The translations under genes and the position numbers were made by a program. Below are positions 29,723 through 38,873 of a stretch of DNA of 64,000 nt, piece after piece. This DNA is from a virus. The first letter of the stretch is position 1; each line of letters starts with the position of its first letter. The notes under the pieces were generated by a model. It worked only from the letters and a program-made list of their open reading frames with translations, was not told where the DNA came from and did no database searches. The stretch lies in the IMG/VR virus record IMGVR_UViG_3300017783_000001; one strand, given 5' to 3'.

Positions 29723-31342
29723 TTATGCTATATTAATTACTCCGCCCATACCACTATGTGAAGTACATTGATAATATAAAGTTGAAGGTGCGTTCATTGG
29801 CACCGTAAATGTAACCGTTCCACTTCCAGTTGCGTTATTCGTTACCCCAAAACCGTATGCAGAACCACCTGACGCAGTTCTAATTTCAAATGGGTGAGAA
29901 GACGCATTTATCACAAATTGATAAGTATGTGCTTTCTTTAAATATAAAACTGGATCATTTTGTGCTGATGGAAAACCATCACCATTAAATACATAATCAC
30001 TTGAACCACTTGAAGTTACCGTAAATTGTGCTGATACTCTTGTTGCAGGAGTATAATCATTAGGTTTCCATTGACCAGTACCTGCTACATTTGTATATAC
30101 TAATACTTGTCCATATGCAGGAGCAGTAGTTGATGTGTCTACATCTGAAAGTAAATCAATTGAATCATTTTCTGATAATAAGTTAATCCAACCTGAAGCA
30201 GTAGCATAGTATGCTTTTATTGTACTTGTTGCAACAGCAAAAGCACCTGCACTTGCAGACCCATTTGGAAAACTTGCCGTATTAGTAAAATCTGATTTTA
30301 CAATTGAACCAGAACCACTTAATGATATTTTACCAGTTCCTTGAATTGTAAATCCTGAAGTATCAAGGTTACCACCAAGACTTGGTGCTGTATCGGTTAC
30401 AACACTAGTTGAAATTGATTGTGGTCTCCAATTTGAAGAACCTGCATTCCATATTAGTGCTTGTCCACTCGTAGGCGCTTGTGTAGTTGTATCAACATCA
30501 TTTAAAACATCTATAGATGAAGTTGATGATAAAATTTCGTTCCAAGTTCCGTTAGCTGCATAGTAAGATTTATAAGATGTTGTATCAACAGCAAATGCAC
30601 CAGCATAAGTTGTTGCACTTTCAAATCCTGCAAGAGCATTACCACCTTGTGCAATATAAGAACCTATTGTTTGACATCTTAATTGAACATTACCAGAAGT
30701 TGTTCCAGTAAGAGCAACATTGTCTAAAGTTTTGTTTGATAAAGTTTGTGTATCTGCTAAGGTTACGACATTTGAGTCAATATCAAATCTAATTGTGTCG
30801 TCTAAAACCGTTGAAGTTAATCCTGTACCACCTGCAAAGTTAAGAACATCACCTACCGTGTAAGCGTCATTTGCTCCTGCGTCAGCAGATAGATTAATTA
30901 CAGAACCTACTTGTTTCCAGTACATATCGGCAGCACCGTCTGTTGCAAGTACATATGTTGATGTACCAGCACTACTTGGAAATCTTAATGAACCAAATTT
31001 AAGTCTACCTGTACCTTGAGGTATGATATTAATATCGCCACTTGATGTAGAAACAATATCGTGTCCATTTACATCTAAATTCCCACCAAGTTGTGGAGTT
31101 GTATCTACAGATATATCACCAGCAGCTGCTGAAGCAGTTGGTTCAAATCTACTATTTGTTGTAGACCATTGAAGTACTTGGTTAGATGAAGCACCAGCGG
31201 TTGTTATCTGTAATGCAGAACCATCACCTAATGCTGTGTAGATTTCATCAAAGTTATCGTTAACTTTATCACCACCAACACGCAGGTTATCACCTGTACC
31301 ATCATTCGCTGTAGTTCCTAATCCTATACTTTGTTTTGCCAT
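29723..31342 (-). CDS. Baseplate/fibre protein with a gp9/gp10-like N-terminus and a C-terminal cupredoxin-like domain
   Basis: MAKQSIGLGTTANDGTGDNLRVGGDKVNDNFDEIY start; C-terminal HPF...LYYQCTSHSGMGG. Confidence 0.75.
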   Translation of the reverse strand: MAKQSIGLGTTANDGTGDNLRVGGDKVNDNFDEIYTALGDGSALQITTAGASSNQVLQWSTTNSRFEPTASAAAGDISVDTTPQLGGNLDVNGHDIVSTSSGDINIIPQGTGRLKFGSLRFPSSAGTSTYVLATDGAADMYWKQVGSVINLSADAGANDAYTVGDVLNFAGGTGLTSTVLDDTIRFDIDSNVVTLADTQTLSNKTLDNVALTGTTSGNVQLRCQTIGSYIAQGGNALAGFESATTYAGAFAVDTTSYKSYYAANGTWNEILSSTSSIDVLNDVDTTTQAPTSGQALIWNAGSSNWRPQSISTSVVTDTAPSLGGNLDTSGFTIQGTGKISLSGSGSIVKSDFTNTASFPNGSASAGAFAVATSTIKAYYATASGWINLLSENDSIDLLSDVDTSTTAPAYGQVLVYTNVAGTGQWKPNDYTPATRVSAQFTVTSSGSSDYVFNGDGFPSAQNDPVLYLKKAHTYQFVINASSHPFEIRTASGGSAYGFGVTNNATGSGTVTFTVPMNAPSTLYYQCTSHSGMGGVINIA

Positions 31343-31363
31343 ATTTTTATCTTCCTATCCTAA

Positions 31364-31371
31364 TATTTATA
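31364..31371 (-). promoter_or_regulatory. T4-type late promoter TATAAATA
   Basis: Exact motif, intergenic. Confidence 0.75.
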
Positions 31372-31377
31372 ACCGTT

Positions 31378-33942
31378 TTATGCAGTTGAGCTAAACTTCG
31401 CCGTTCCACTACTAAATTTTTTCTGTGTATTACTAAATCTACCTTGAGGAACAAGTATTGTTGCAGGGTATGTAATATAAGTCTTTGCAATAGTAGTTAT
31501 ATCTCCATATTGCAAGTCTGTACCATCAGCTGCAGTATTTGTACCCATTGCCTTTAATTCTGCTACTCTAGCCCAATTCATTGAAGAAGCAGCCATAGAT
31601 TGTTGAAAGTATTTATTGAAACTTCTTAATCGTGGTCCTGCATATACAGACCCAAAGTTTGTATTGACCGTTCTAAAGTTATAAAACGGTTTAAACTGAA
31701 ACGAGAAAGCAATCTTTGTTCTATGTAAAGTTAAATCTCTTGTATCTGTTGCAAAAGGCGATTTTGCACTTTGTACAACATCAGCTGCGATACCTAGTTG
31801 TAATGCGTTAGAACCACTTGCTCTTAATGTAGTACCATCATCTACGGTACCTAATCTTCTTCCAAAGATTGTACCAAACAATGTATTCAATACAGAAATA
31901 AATGGACTTGCCACAATACCAGTAACCCGTCCAACAACAGGCATTCTATTTTTTGCATTAAGTCTACTTTCAATGTTTACTTGTGCAGTAAAGTAGAAAC
32001 CAGCAGGGTGCATTGTCTTTTTAAATGCGTCTCTCCATAAGTCAATTGTACGACCTACTTTAATTACATACGAGAAGTCCTGATAGTATAAACTATCTTG
32101 TACTTTCATTGTTGTTTCTGATAAGTGACCATCTTCTGAAATATATTTACCTTCACTTGTAGAAGTACCTACAACTTCAACCGTTGCAGTTGCTAAATCT
32201 GTTTTTGCCATTAGACCGGTAACACCTGAAATACTACCTGTCATTACTTCGTGTCCAACAAATGCACCTGTAATATCTTTTAATCTTAATAGACCTCTAC
32301 TACTATCCCAAGATAAAACTACACCAGTATTACTTGATGTGCCACCAGTAATCGTTTCTCCTGCAACATAATTACCTGTATGACCTAATATAAGAATTGC
32401 TTGTGGTAATTTAACCGTTGGTGGAGATGGACTTAAATCGTGTTTAAGACCAGATTCAATTGTAGTAATACCTAAAAGTTTTCCAATTTCAGTTCCATAT
32501 GCGTATATCTCAGCAGATAAACCATTATCACTTGTAACCGTAACCGTAGGTAAACTTGTATAACCTGAACCACTTTTAATTAATCTAATATCTGTAATAT
32601 CACCAAGACCACTTTCTAAAACTATTTTATCACCAGGGTTGATGTCATTCTTACTTGTTGCGTCTTCAAATACGATATGGTCATAACCACTACCACTCTC
32701 ACCTGCTATCGCACCGTTAACTACAGCAACTTCTGCTACAGCACCAGCACCGTTTGTGTTTGCGTTATTGAAAACAAGTTGGTCTCCAATTTGATATTGT
32801 GAACCGTTTGCATTAATATAAAATTCTGAAATACCACCTGCACCTATTTCACCAACTTGGCAGTTTGCACCACCACCGCCACCTACTAAATCAACTTGTT
32901 CGTTATTTGTGAAAAGTGAACCATCATTAGTAATTGTAAATTTACCAGGTATACCGGTAACATCTGATTTAATATATAAGTCATCTGTATCACTTGCAGT
33001 ACCTCTAATAGTTTCACCAACTTGGAATGTGCCTGTAATACTTTCTTGGTTTAATAAAAATTCTGATACGACTTCACTTGATATTTGGAAACGAGATATG
33101 TTTTCTACAATTGCAGTTGCACCAGAAGTTATACCTGTAATTTGTCTACCAAGTAATTTACCTGTATCACCGATTGAGTTAATACATCTTAATATTGTGT
33201 TTGATGTAAACTCACCATCTGATACTCTAAGCATTTGTTCTTTAGGATAAAATGTTTCAGAAGCAATACCAAATAGTAATCTAAAAAATAATTCGTGTCC
33301 TTTTGCAGTACCTTTAGTACGATATAAAGATTTTACTCTTTTAATTAATTCTCTTTTGTTTAGACCATCTGTTAAATTTTCTGGTATAGTAGATAATACT
33401 TCATTTCTAAATTGTGATAAGAAGTGTGAGATAACTTTATCAGGATCTCTAAACGATAATAAGTCTTGTATTGTTTTTACTGGATTAGGTCTATACTTTC
33501 CTGATACACCAGACGCACCAGAAGAAACTCCAGTGACCGTTTCACCTTCTATAAATTTATCTTCTGCTGTAATGAATAATCTTCCGTTTATTAAATCTTC
33601 TGTAAGTATTACTGCTGTCGCATTAGAAGTTTCACCTTTAATAGTTTCACCAGTTGTGAATTTACCAAATGATGATTGTTCTTGTAAGATTTTAGAACCT
33701 GCGTCTATTTGAGTTGCTTCTGAACCAAGTCTACTTGCGTCTAATAATAAAGTATTAGATTGACCTGTTTCTGTTTCAAGTAATATACCATCTGTTGATT
33801 GAGAAGATGAAATAGAAAGCTCAGCGGCTTCCATTAATTGAAAATAAGTTTTTACAAACTCTAAAAATTTAGGATGCTCTTCAATTACAAAATCAGGTAC
33901 TTGACCTTGTAAAAGGTTTGTAATTTTTTTATTAAACTTCAT
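31378..33942 (-). CDS. gp7: Baseplate wedge initiator (T4 gp7-like)
   Basis: QVPDFV.EEHPKF.EF...Y, LY..KGT.KG..LFFRLLFG, QDS.YYQDFSYV.K...HPAGF; lies directly after gp6. Confidence 0.8.
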   Translation of the reverse strand: MKFNKKITNLLQGQVPDFVIEEHPKFLEFVKTYFQLMEAAELSISSSQSTDGILLETETGQSNTLLLDASRLGSEATQIDAGSKILQEQSSFGKFTTGETIKGETSNATAVILTEDLINGRLFITAEDKFIEGETVTGVSSGASGVSGKYRPNPVKTIQDLLSFRDPDKVISHFLSQFRNEVLSTIPENLTDGLNKRELIKRVKSLYRTKGTAKGHELFFRLLFGIASETFYPKEQMLRVSDGEFTSNTILRCINSIGDTGKLLGRQITGITSGATAIVENISRFQISSEVVSEFLLNQESITGTFQVGETIRGTASDTDDLYIKSDVTGIPGKFTITNDGSLFTNNEQVDLVGGGGGANCQVGEIGAGGISEFYINANGSQYQIGDQLVFNNANTNGAGAVAEVAVVNGAIAGESGSGYDHIVFEDATSKNDINPGDKIVLESGLGDITDIRLIKSGSGYTSLPTVTVTSDNGLSAEIYAYGTEIGKLLGITTIESGLKHDLSPSPPTVKLPQAILILGHTGNYVAGETITGGTSSNTGVVLSWDSSRGLLRLKDITGAFVGHEVMTGSISGVTGLMAKTDLATATVEVVGTSTSEGKYISEDGHLSETTMKVQDSLYYQDFSYVIKVGRTIDLWRDAFKKTMHPAGFYFTAQVNIESRLNAKNRMPVVGRVTGIVASPFISVLNTLFGTIFGRRLGTVDDGTTLRASGSNALQLGIAADVVQSAKSPFATDTRDLTLHRTKIAFSFQFKPFYNFRTVNTNFGSVYAGPRLRSFNKYFQQSMAASSMNWARVAELKAMGTNTAADGTDLQYGDITTIAKTYITYPATILVPQGRFSNTQKKFSSGTAKFSSTA

Positions 33943-33946
33943 TTAA

Positions 33947-35803
33947 TTAATATGCTGAAGTAGTAGTATAACCAACACCGGCATCCGAGCTTCCGCCAAC
34001 AAAGGAATCCTTCTCAACCAAAATTGTTGAATTAGGAATATCTAACTCTAAAATTTGGTCTCTAACAGGAACAATGTCATTTGAAGCAGGTTGCACGGTC
34101 AGTTCTATTACCGTTGAAGCACTCCCTCTTATATTTGAAATTTCTGTAATCTGTAGTGAATTAATTGTAATTTCACCATTCGTGTAATTAATCGTACCTT
34201 GCGTTGAGTTAGTATAAACTCTAGTTGCACCTGATAGATAATATCTTCTTATGTTACCATTACCGTCATCATCTAAAAATTGTTCGTTAGTGATAGAACC
34301 TTGTACTTTAAAACCAGATGATGTAACCACACCACCAGCAGTTGAGTTATGACCAGTATGTGGATTGTAAACAGCGTTTCTAAAGAATACACTATACTTC
34401 AAAGATGAATTTAAAGTAGGTATGAATGATTTTCTTATTTTTAATGTTGTTATGTTAGATAGTATACTATTGTCTGTATCGTCAATTAATTTAACGACTT
34501 TAGAATGTCTAAACATACTATCAAATTTTTGTAGTGTAGATACATTGTAAGTACCTAATGTATTAATAATATCTGCTTTAATTGTATTGGCGTCTTTTGT
34601 TGTTGCTCTTTCATCATACTTTGCAGTTGAATTTATAACTATACTTGTAATTTCAGGATCCACAATAACAGGTGAAACTGAAGCTACATTATATTCTTTT
34701 AATTGTTTTACAATATCTGCTTTAGTTTGTGTTGTTAATGAAGAACCGCTCATAGGTTTGATTGCAATTTTTACAATACCATAAACAGGTGTCTCATCAT
34801 CTTCACCACCCCAAGCACTAACTGATTGTGTATTAGGATAAATTGACATTACTTTTGTTTCGTAATCAGAAGTAGTAACCGCTCTGTCTTGTGCTGTATA
34901 TTGTAAAGGTGCATTGAAACGAATACTCTCTTTTGTTTCAGGTAGTGAACCACCTTGTGCTTCTGATACGGTCGTAACCGTTATGTTAGAGAAACCACCA
35001 ATGTTACCTGCAGGATTAAATAAGTTTGCACCATTTGCTTCTAATTTATTGGTTACAATATAATCCATAATAATAATATTACCGTGTTCTAATTTCTTAC
35101 CAATAATACCGTCACCAAATTTAACTTCAAACTTACCTGTATCTGTTTCTGATAAGAAGTATATTTGACTTTCGTTATTTAAATTTAATAATCCAGAAAC
35201 GCTTGTGTATGTTTCAGAAGTTGTATCTGTTAAACTTTTTTGTACTTTGATTTGTAATGTAGTAGTATCAGCGTCAATACTAGGTATTAAATATTTTTGG
35301 TCTGGGTCTAGTGTGTCAACCGTATATCTAAAGGTTACAGGTGTACCTTCTGAAATTGGTACACTAGAAAATTTGTAAATACCATCAACAGGTGAAGTTG
35401 TTGTATCTGTATTAGTAATAAAGTTATAAGTTGTTCCGTCTACAGAAGAAGTAAATACAGAACCTTTGTTCATAGTTAGTGTTGTACCTTTTGCGTCATT
35501 AACTACAATGTCAATTGAAGCAGTTGGTGCTTTTGCACTAGAAGGTGTGTAACCTAACATCTTTGCTAATGAAACAATGTTTGCTCTAACATCAGCAGAA
35601 TCCAAATACATTTCGTTTGCTAACATATTAGCATTGAAACCTAGATAGTGTGTATTGTAAGCAAGTAAATCTAATAATACAGCAAAACCACTACCTTCAA
35701 AGTTGTAGTCTGAAAATTCAGGTTGTGATTGTAAGAATACTTTTAAATTTGTTTTTATCTGGTCAAAATCCAGTTCCGTAATATCTAGTTTGGTACTTGC
35801 CAT
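33947..35803 (-). CDS. gp6: Baseplate wedge subunit (T4 gp6)
   Basis: ELDFDQIK.NLK.FL..Q.EF.DYNFEGS...LLDLLAYNTHY...FGDG..G...QDRAVT..DY...WGGE. Confidence 0.92.
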   Translation of the reverse strand: MASTKLDITELDFDQIKTNLKVFLQSQPEFSDYNFEGSGFAVLLDLLAYNTHYLGFNANMLANEMYLDSADVRANIVSLAKMLGYTPSSAKAPTASIDIVVNDAKGTTLTMNKGSVFTSSVDGTTYNFITNTDTTTSPVDGIYKFSSVPISEGTPVTFRYTVDTLDPDQKYLIPSIDADTTTLQIKVQKSLTDTTSETYTSVSGLLNLNNESQIYFLSETDTGKFEVKFGDGIIGKKLEHGNIIIMDYIVTNKLEANGANLFNPAGNIGGFSNITVTTVSEAQGGSLPETKESIRFNAPLQYTAQDRAVTTSDYETKVMSIYPNTQSVSAWGGEDDETPVYGIVKIAIKPMSGSSLTTQTKADIVKQLKEYNVASVSPVIVDPEITSIVINSTAKYDERATTKDANTIKADIINTLGTYNVSTLQKFDSMFRHSKVVKLIDDTDNSILSNITTLKIRKSFIPTLNSSLKYSVFFRNAVYNPHTGHNSTAGGVVTSSGFKVQGSITNEQFLDDDGNGNIRRYYLSGATRVYTNSTQGTINYTNGEITINSLQITEISNIRGSASTVIELTVQPASNDIVPVRDQILELDIPNSTILVEKDSFVGGSSDAGVGYTTTSAY

Positions 35804-35813
35804 TTTTTATTTC

Positions 35814-36050
35814 CTATTGTGCGTCATAGTAAGTTTTTGATAACTCACCACGCTCTATTGTTTCGCCTGCTTTTCTACATCTGATATAAACTTGTACGGT
35901 ATCACTCGTACCTGGTTTAGTATATGTTCTAATTCCATTTGCGATTACTGAATTAGCACCGTCTGCTGAATTAGGATATGTGTTTGCAGCCGTAGCAGTA
36001 TTTTCATATTGCCATATTGAATTACTTCCTGGTACCGTTACCCAAGCCAT
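35814..36050 (-). CDS. Hypothetical protein
   Basis: 78 aa, coupled between gp25 and gp6. Confidence 0.6.
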   Translation of the reverse strand: MAWVTVPGSNSIWQYENTATAANTYPNSADGANSVIANGIRTYTKPGTSDTVQVYIRCRKAGETIERGELSKTYYDAQ

Positions 36051-36475
36051 TATCTTAACCTCTGTAAAAATGTTTCTACAATAATTGGTGATTGAATACC
36101 AACAACATAAAAACTGATTTGTAAATGGTATCTATTTGCGTCAATATCTGGAGCCGCAACGATACTTTCTATACTTGCTCTTGGTTCAAAATTAACTAGA
36201 ACCTCAGCAACTTTTCTTTCTAAATTAAGAGCAGTCAAAGGTGTCATATTTTCAAACAACAATGCTCTTACATCACTACCTATTTCAGGATGAAAAGGTC
36301 TCTCATAATGATTTGTCTGTATTAAATTCTTTACACTTCTTTTAACAGCGTCTACATCAACAAGTTTAACCACATCTCCTGTAACCGGATTTCTTGTGAA
36401 ATCAAGGTCTAAATCAGAATAAATCCTGTTTACTCTTTTCTTACTTGTACTTGCTTTTGAATCGTAGAATGCCAT
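36050..36475 (-). CDS. gp25: Baseplate wedge subunit (T4 gp25)
   Basis: YSDLDL.F...AVKRSVKNL..T...ERPF.P.IGS....LLFE...FEPR. Confidence 0.92.
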   Translation of the reverse strand: MAFYDSKASTSKKRVNRIYSDLDLDFTRNPVTGDVVKLVDVDAVKRSVKNLIQTNHYERPFHPEIGSDVRALLFENMTPLTALNLERKVAEVLVNFEPRASIESIVAAPDIDANRYHLQISFYVVGIQSPIIVETFLQRLR

Positions 36476-36494
36476 AGTCTTTCCTTTGTACTAA

Positions 36495-36502
36495 TATTTA
36501 TA
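36495..36502 (-). promoter_or_regulatory. T4-type late promoter TATAAATA
   Basis: Exact motif upstream of gp25. Confidence 0.75.
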
Positions 36503-36504
36503 CA

Positions 36505-36792
36505 CTAACCGGCAAAGACATTTGGACTTCCTGCTGCTACACTCGTACAACCTGAAATACCGTCACCGACACGACCACAACCTTTACCATTTATAAAGAC
36601 CGTACTTGAACCAGTTGCAATAGGGGCAGCGTGTGCTGGGCAAGGTACACCTGGTAGTAAGTGAGTTGTATTAACATCTCCTTGTCTACTTACTGGTATC
36701 CCGTTTGCATTAACATTTGGACTACCAACTGCTCTTGTCATTCCTGAACAATGAGCAACATCAGCGTCTCCTATCCTCGTAACCGCAGGCAT
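36505..36792 (-). CDS. PAAR-repeat spike tip protein (gp5.4-like)
   Basis: PAVTRIGD, PVSRQGD, GCGRVGD repeats with His/Cys metal ligands. Confidence 0.9.
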   Translation of the reverse strand: MPAVTRIGDADVAHCSGMTRAVGSPNVNANGIPVSRQGDVNTTHLLPGVPCPAHAAPIATGSSTVFINGKGCGRVGDGISGCTSVAAGSPNVFAG

Positions 36793-36980
36793 TCTCTCTC
36801 CATTAATAGTTTTAATTTGTCGTTAAAGGTTTCTATGTAATTATGTTGTTCTTCTGTATGTGGTGGACTAGGATAATTAGGCTCAAAAGATATAACCGCA
36901 CCTATCTCATTAGGAATTTCATCATATTGAGTATAGATGTGAAGTTTATTGTTAATTTTTACAACAAATTTACCTTCCAC
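36771..36980 (-). CDS. Hypothetical protein
   Basis: 69 aa (IP...ISFEP.YP.PPHTEEQH), GTG start, overlaps the PAAR gene. Confidence 0.6.
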   Translation of the reverse strand: MEGKFVVKINNKLHIYTQYDEIPNEIGAVISFEPNYPSPPHTEEQHNYIETFNDKLKLLMERECLRLRG

Positions 36981-37129
36981 TATTTTCCTTGACCTTTATA
37001 TGCTTTCCAACTTCTTTTTCTACTTTTATTCATTGATGATTTCTTAATCATCTTTTTTCTAACCCCTTGGGAAGACTTTTTTCCCTTAGGTTTATTGTAA
37101 CCACTCGCACCCTGCTTCTGTAATGCCAT
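36980..37129 (-). CDS. 49-aa highly basic protein
   Basis: Below the track cut-off. MALQKQGASGYNKPKGKKSSQGVRKKMIKKSSMNKSRKRSWKAYKGQGK, with SD AAGGA and CTAAATA upstream. Confidence 0.65.
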   Translation of the reverse strand: MALQKQGASGYNKPKGKKSSQGVRKKMIKKSSMNKSRKRSWKAYKGQGK

Positions 37130-37162
37130 AAAATCCTTTTGTTAACTATATTTAGTTGGTTT

Positions 37163-37363
37163 TTAAAAAGGACACTCAATATTGCCCGCTCTTACTTCAA
37201 TATTTTCGTTATTTCGCACTCCGTTTTCAATTGATTCGCCAATTTTTTCGTAATCGGGTTGAAATTTACATTTTTCTAATTGAATTGAGCAATTTGTAAG
37301 AACAAAAAGCGAACAAATTAAAAAAAAGTAAGAAAAATGTGGTTTTTTTGCAATTTTGCTCAT
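37163..37363 (-). CDS. Hypothetical lipoprotein-like protein
   Basis: Start taken at MSKIAKK; a hydrophobic stretch ends in LTNC. Confidence 0.45.
   Translation of the reverse strand: MSKIAKKPHFSYFFLICSLFVLTNCSIQLEKCKFQPDYEKIGESIENGVRNNENIEVRAGNIECPF
37299..37315. promoter_or_regulatory. Alphaproteobacterial LexA-box-like motif (GAAC-N7-GAAC)
   Basis: AGAACAAAAAGCGAACA, ~55 bp upstream of a sigma70 -35 box. Confidence 0.5.
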
Positions 37364-37370
37364 TTTTTGC

Positions 37371-37399
37371 TTGACATTGATTAATGATTGATGTATTAT
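37371..37399 (+). promoter_or_regulatory. sigma70-type early promoter
   Basis: TTGACA-17-TATTAT. Confidence 0.75.
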
Positions 37400-37437
37400 G
37401 TATGTATAAGTTAACAAAAACGAGAGGAAAAAACACT

Positions 37438-37614
37438 ATGAGTACTTTTTTTGCAATGATAACGATACTTTCTGCTGTAATGGCAGTTGGTTCAATTGAA
37501 GATTGTGGAGGACATTGTCTAGGACAAGAAAACTGGAAAATGTTTTTTATTTGCTTGACAACAATGATAATATCTGGTATAATAACTCTATTAACACAAA
37601 AAGAAGGACAATAA
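37438..37614 (+). CDS. Small membrane protein (early island)
   Basis: ATG at 37438 with SD GAGGA; two hydrophobic segments flank DCGGHC. Confidence 0.6.
   Translation: MSTFFAMITILSAVMAVGSIEDCGGHCLGQENWKMFFICLTTMIISGIITLLTQKEGQ
37555..37583 (+). promoter_or_regulatory. sigma70-type early promoter (perfect consensus, extended -10)
   Basis: TTGACA-17-TATAAT with TGn before the -10 box. Confidence 0.85.
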
Positions 37615-37615
37615 T

Positions 37616-37978
37616 ATGACTATGATTACTAAAACTGCCGAAACACTACAAGACGGTATTACAAATATGATGGCTGCTGCCAAAGAAGACTACTTTAGTT
37701 GGTCATCTACTGGTAAAGAAAGTATCTCTTCTTATTCTCAACAACAACTTGAAGAGTGGGATTCTAAAATTAAAGTTAAAGAAGGACAAAAGTACATTAA
37801 GATTGTACGAGATAATTCTGTCTTTGCTTTTATCTGTAAAACAGATTTTAAACATTTTAAAAAAGGTGATGTATTGAAACCTGCTGGTTACAATGCACCT
37901 GCTTTAAATCAACCTAGAGGTAATGTTCTTTCTGGAAACTTTCCAATTAGATGGACAGGACCTTTATATTTAAAATAA
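37616..37978 (+). CDS. Hypothetical early phage protein
   Basis: 120 aa, G.KYIKIV...SVFAFI...KGD.LKPAG.NAPA...RGN...WTGP.YL; SD AAGGA. Confidence 0.7.
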   Translation: MTMITKTAETLQDGITNMMAAAKEDYFSWSSTGKESISSYSQQQLEEWDSKIKVKEGQKYIKIVRDNSVFAFICKTDFKHFKKGDVLKPAGYNAPALNQPRGNVLSGNFPIRWTGPLYLK

Positions 37979-37996
37979 CCAATAGGAGACTATATT

Positions 37997-38275
37997 ATGA
38001 CAGCATTGAAATTTAACGATATGAATAAGGTACTTGAATGGATACGAGAACCTTCTCATAAAGAACATCTATACATCTTGGAGGCTGCGATTGCAAAAGC
38101 AAATCAGGTATCTTTAGACCAATTTAGTATAGGTACAAAAGTTGTGTTTGGTCGTCCACGAGGTGCAAAGCACTTTGGTGTGATTGTTAAATGCAATCCG
38201 AAGAAAGCAGTTGTTATGGAAGAAGGTCGTGGTAAATGGACCGTGCCTTATTCTCTAATGAAACTTGCTTCTTAA
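37997..38275 (+). CDS. Hypothetical early protein (SH3-like C-terminus)
   Basis: FSIGTKVVF...GVIVK.NPKKAVV...WTVPYSLM; SD AGGAG. Confidence 0.7.
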   Translation: MTALKFNDMNKVLEWIREPSHKEHLYILEAAIAKANQVSLDQFSIGTKVVFGRPRGAKHFGVIVKCNPKKAVVMEEGRGKWTVPYSLMKLAS

Positions 38276-38301
38276 TATTAACCTTAATTGAAAGAGATAG
38301 G

Positions 38302-38391
38302 ATGTTTACTTTTCTTATCGTGTACACAGCAGTTGCCTTATTTGGCTGTGCTGTGTCAGAAGACTTGACCTGTATACCAGGTATTTTCTAA
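38302..38391 (+). CDS. 29-aa putative micro-lipoprotein
   Basis: MFTFLIVYTAVALFGCAVSEDLTCIPGIF with a lipobox-like LFGC; fills the gap at the end of the early island exactly. Confidence 0.45.
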   Translation: MFTFLIVYTAVALFGCAVSEDLTCIPGIF

Positions 38392-38688
38392 TTATGCAAA
38401 TGGTGTGTAACCTTGTTCGGCAGCTGTAGTATCATCTTCTGATATTATAGTTTTAACTTCTGGACAATAATGTTTCATCATACTTTCAACTCCTTGTTTT
38501 AAAGTAAGTTGAGACATTGCACACCCAGCACAACTTCCTGCCATTAATAACTTTAATGTGCCATCTTCATCAAACGAAATAAACTCAATCTTACCATTGT
38601 GAGCTGCAACACTAGGTGCTACTTTATCATCTAAATGAAATTTAATTTTTCTAATTGTTTCTTCGTGTGTTTCAGTTGTAGTTGTCAT
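38392..38688 (-). CDS. nfuA: NifU/NfuA C-terminal-domain Fe-S carrier
   Basis: V.P.VA.H.G.IEF...L.M.GSCAGC.MS.LTLKQGVE. Confidence 0.88.
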   Translation of the reverse strand: MTTTTETHEETIRKIKFHLDDKVAPSVAAHNGKIEFISFDEDGTLKLLMAGSCAGCAMSQLTLKQGVESMMKHYCPEVKTIISEDDTTAAEQGYTPFA

Positions 38689-38873
38689 AAAAATTTTCCT
38701 ATAAATCTTAAAAAATACATTATTGGTATAACCATAAGTGCTGGTCCTATACCTTGGTCAAAAAACATTAAGACAACAGCACCTGCTGTAAATAGATAAA
38801 ATGCAATAGTCTTCCAATGAAATATTATTGCAAGTAAACCAAGACCTATAATTTTTAGATATTCTTTTATCAT
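38685..38873 (-). CDS. Small membrane protein
   Basis: 62 aa, hydrophobic, ATGA-coupled. Confidence 0.6.
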   Translation of the reverse strand: MIKEYLKIIGLGLLAIIFHWKTIAFYLFTAGAVVLMFFDQGIGPALMVIPIMYFLRFIGKFL

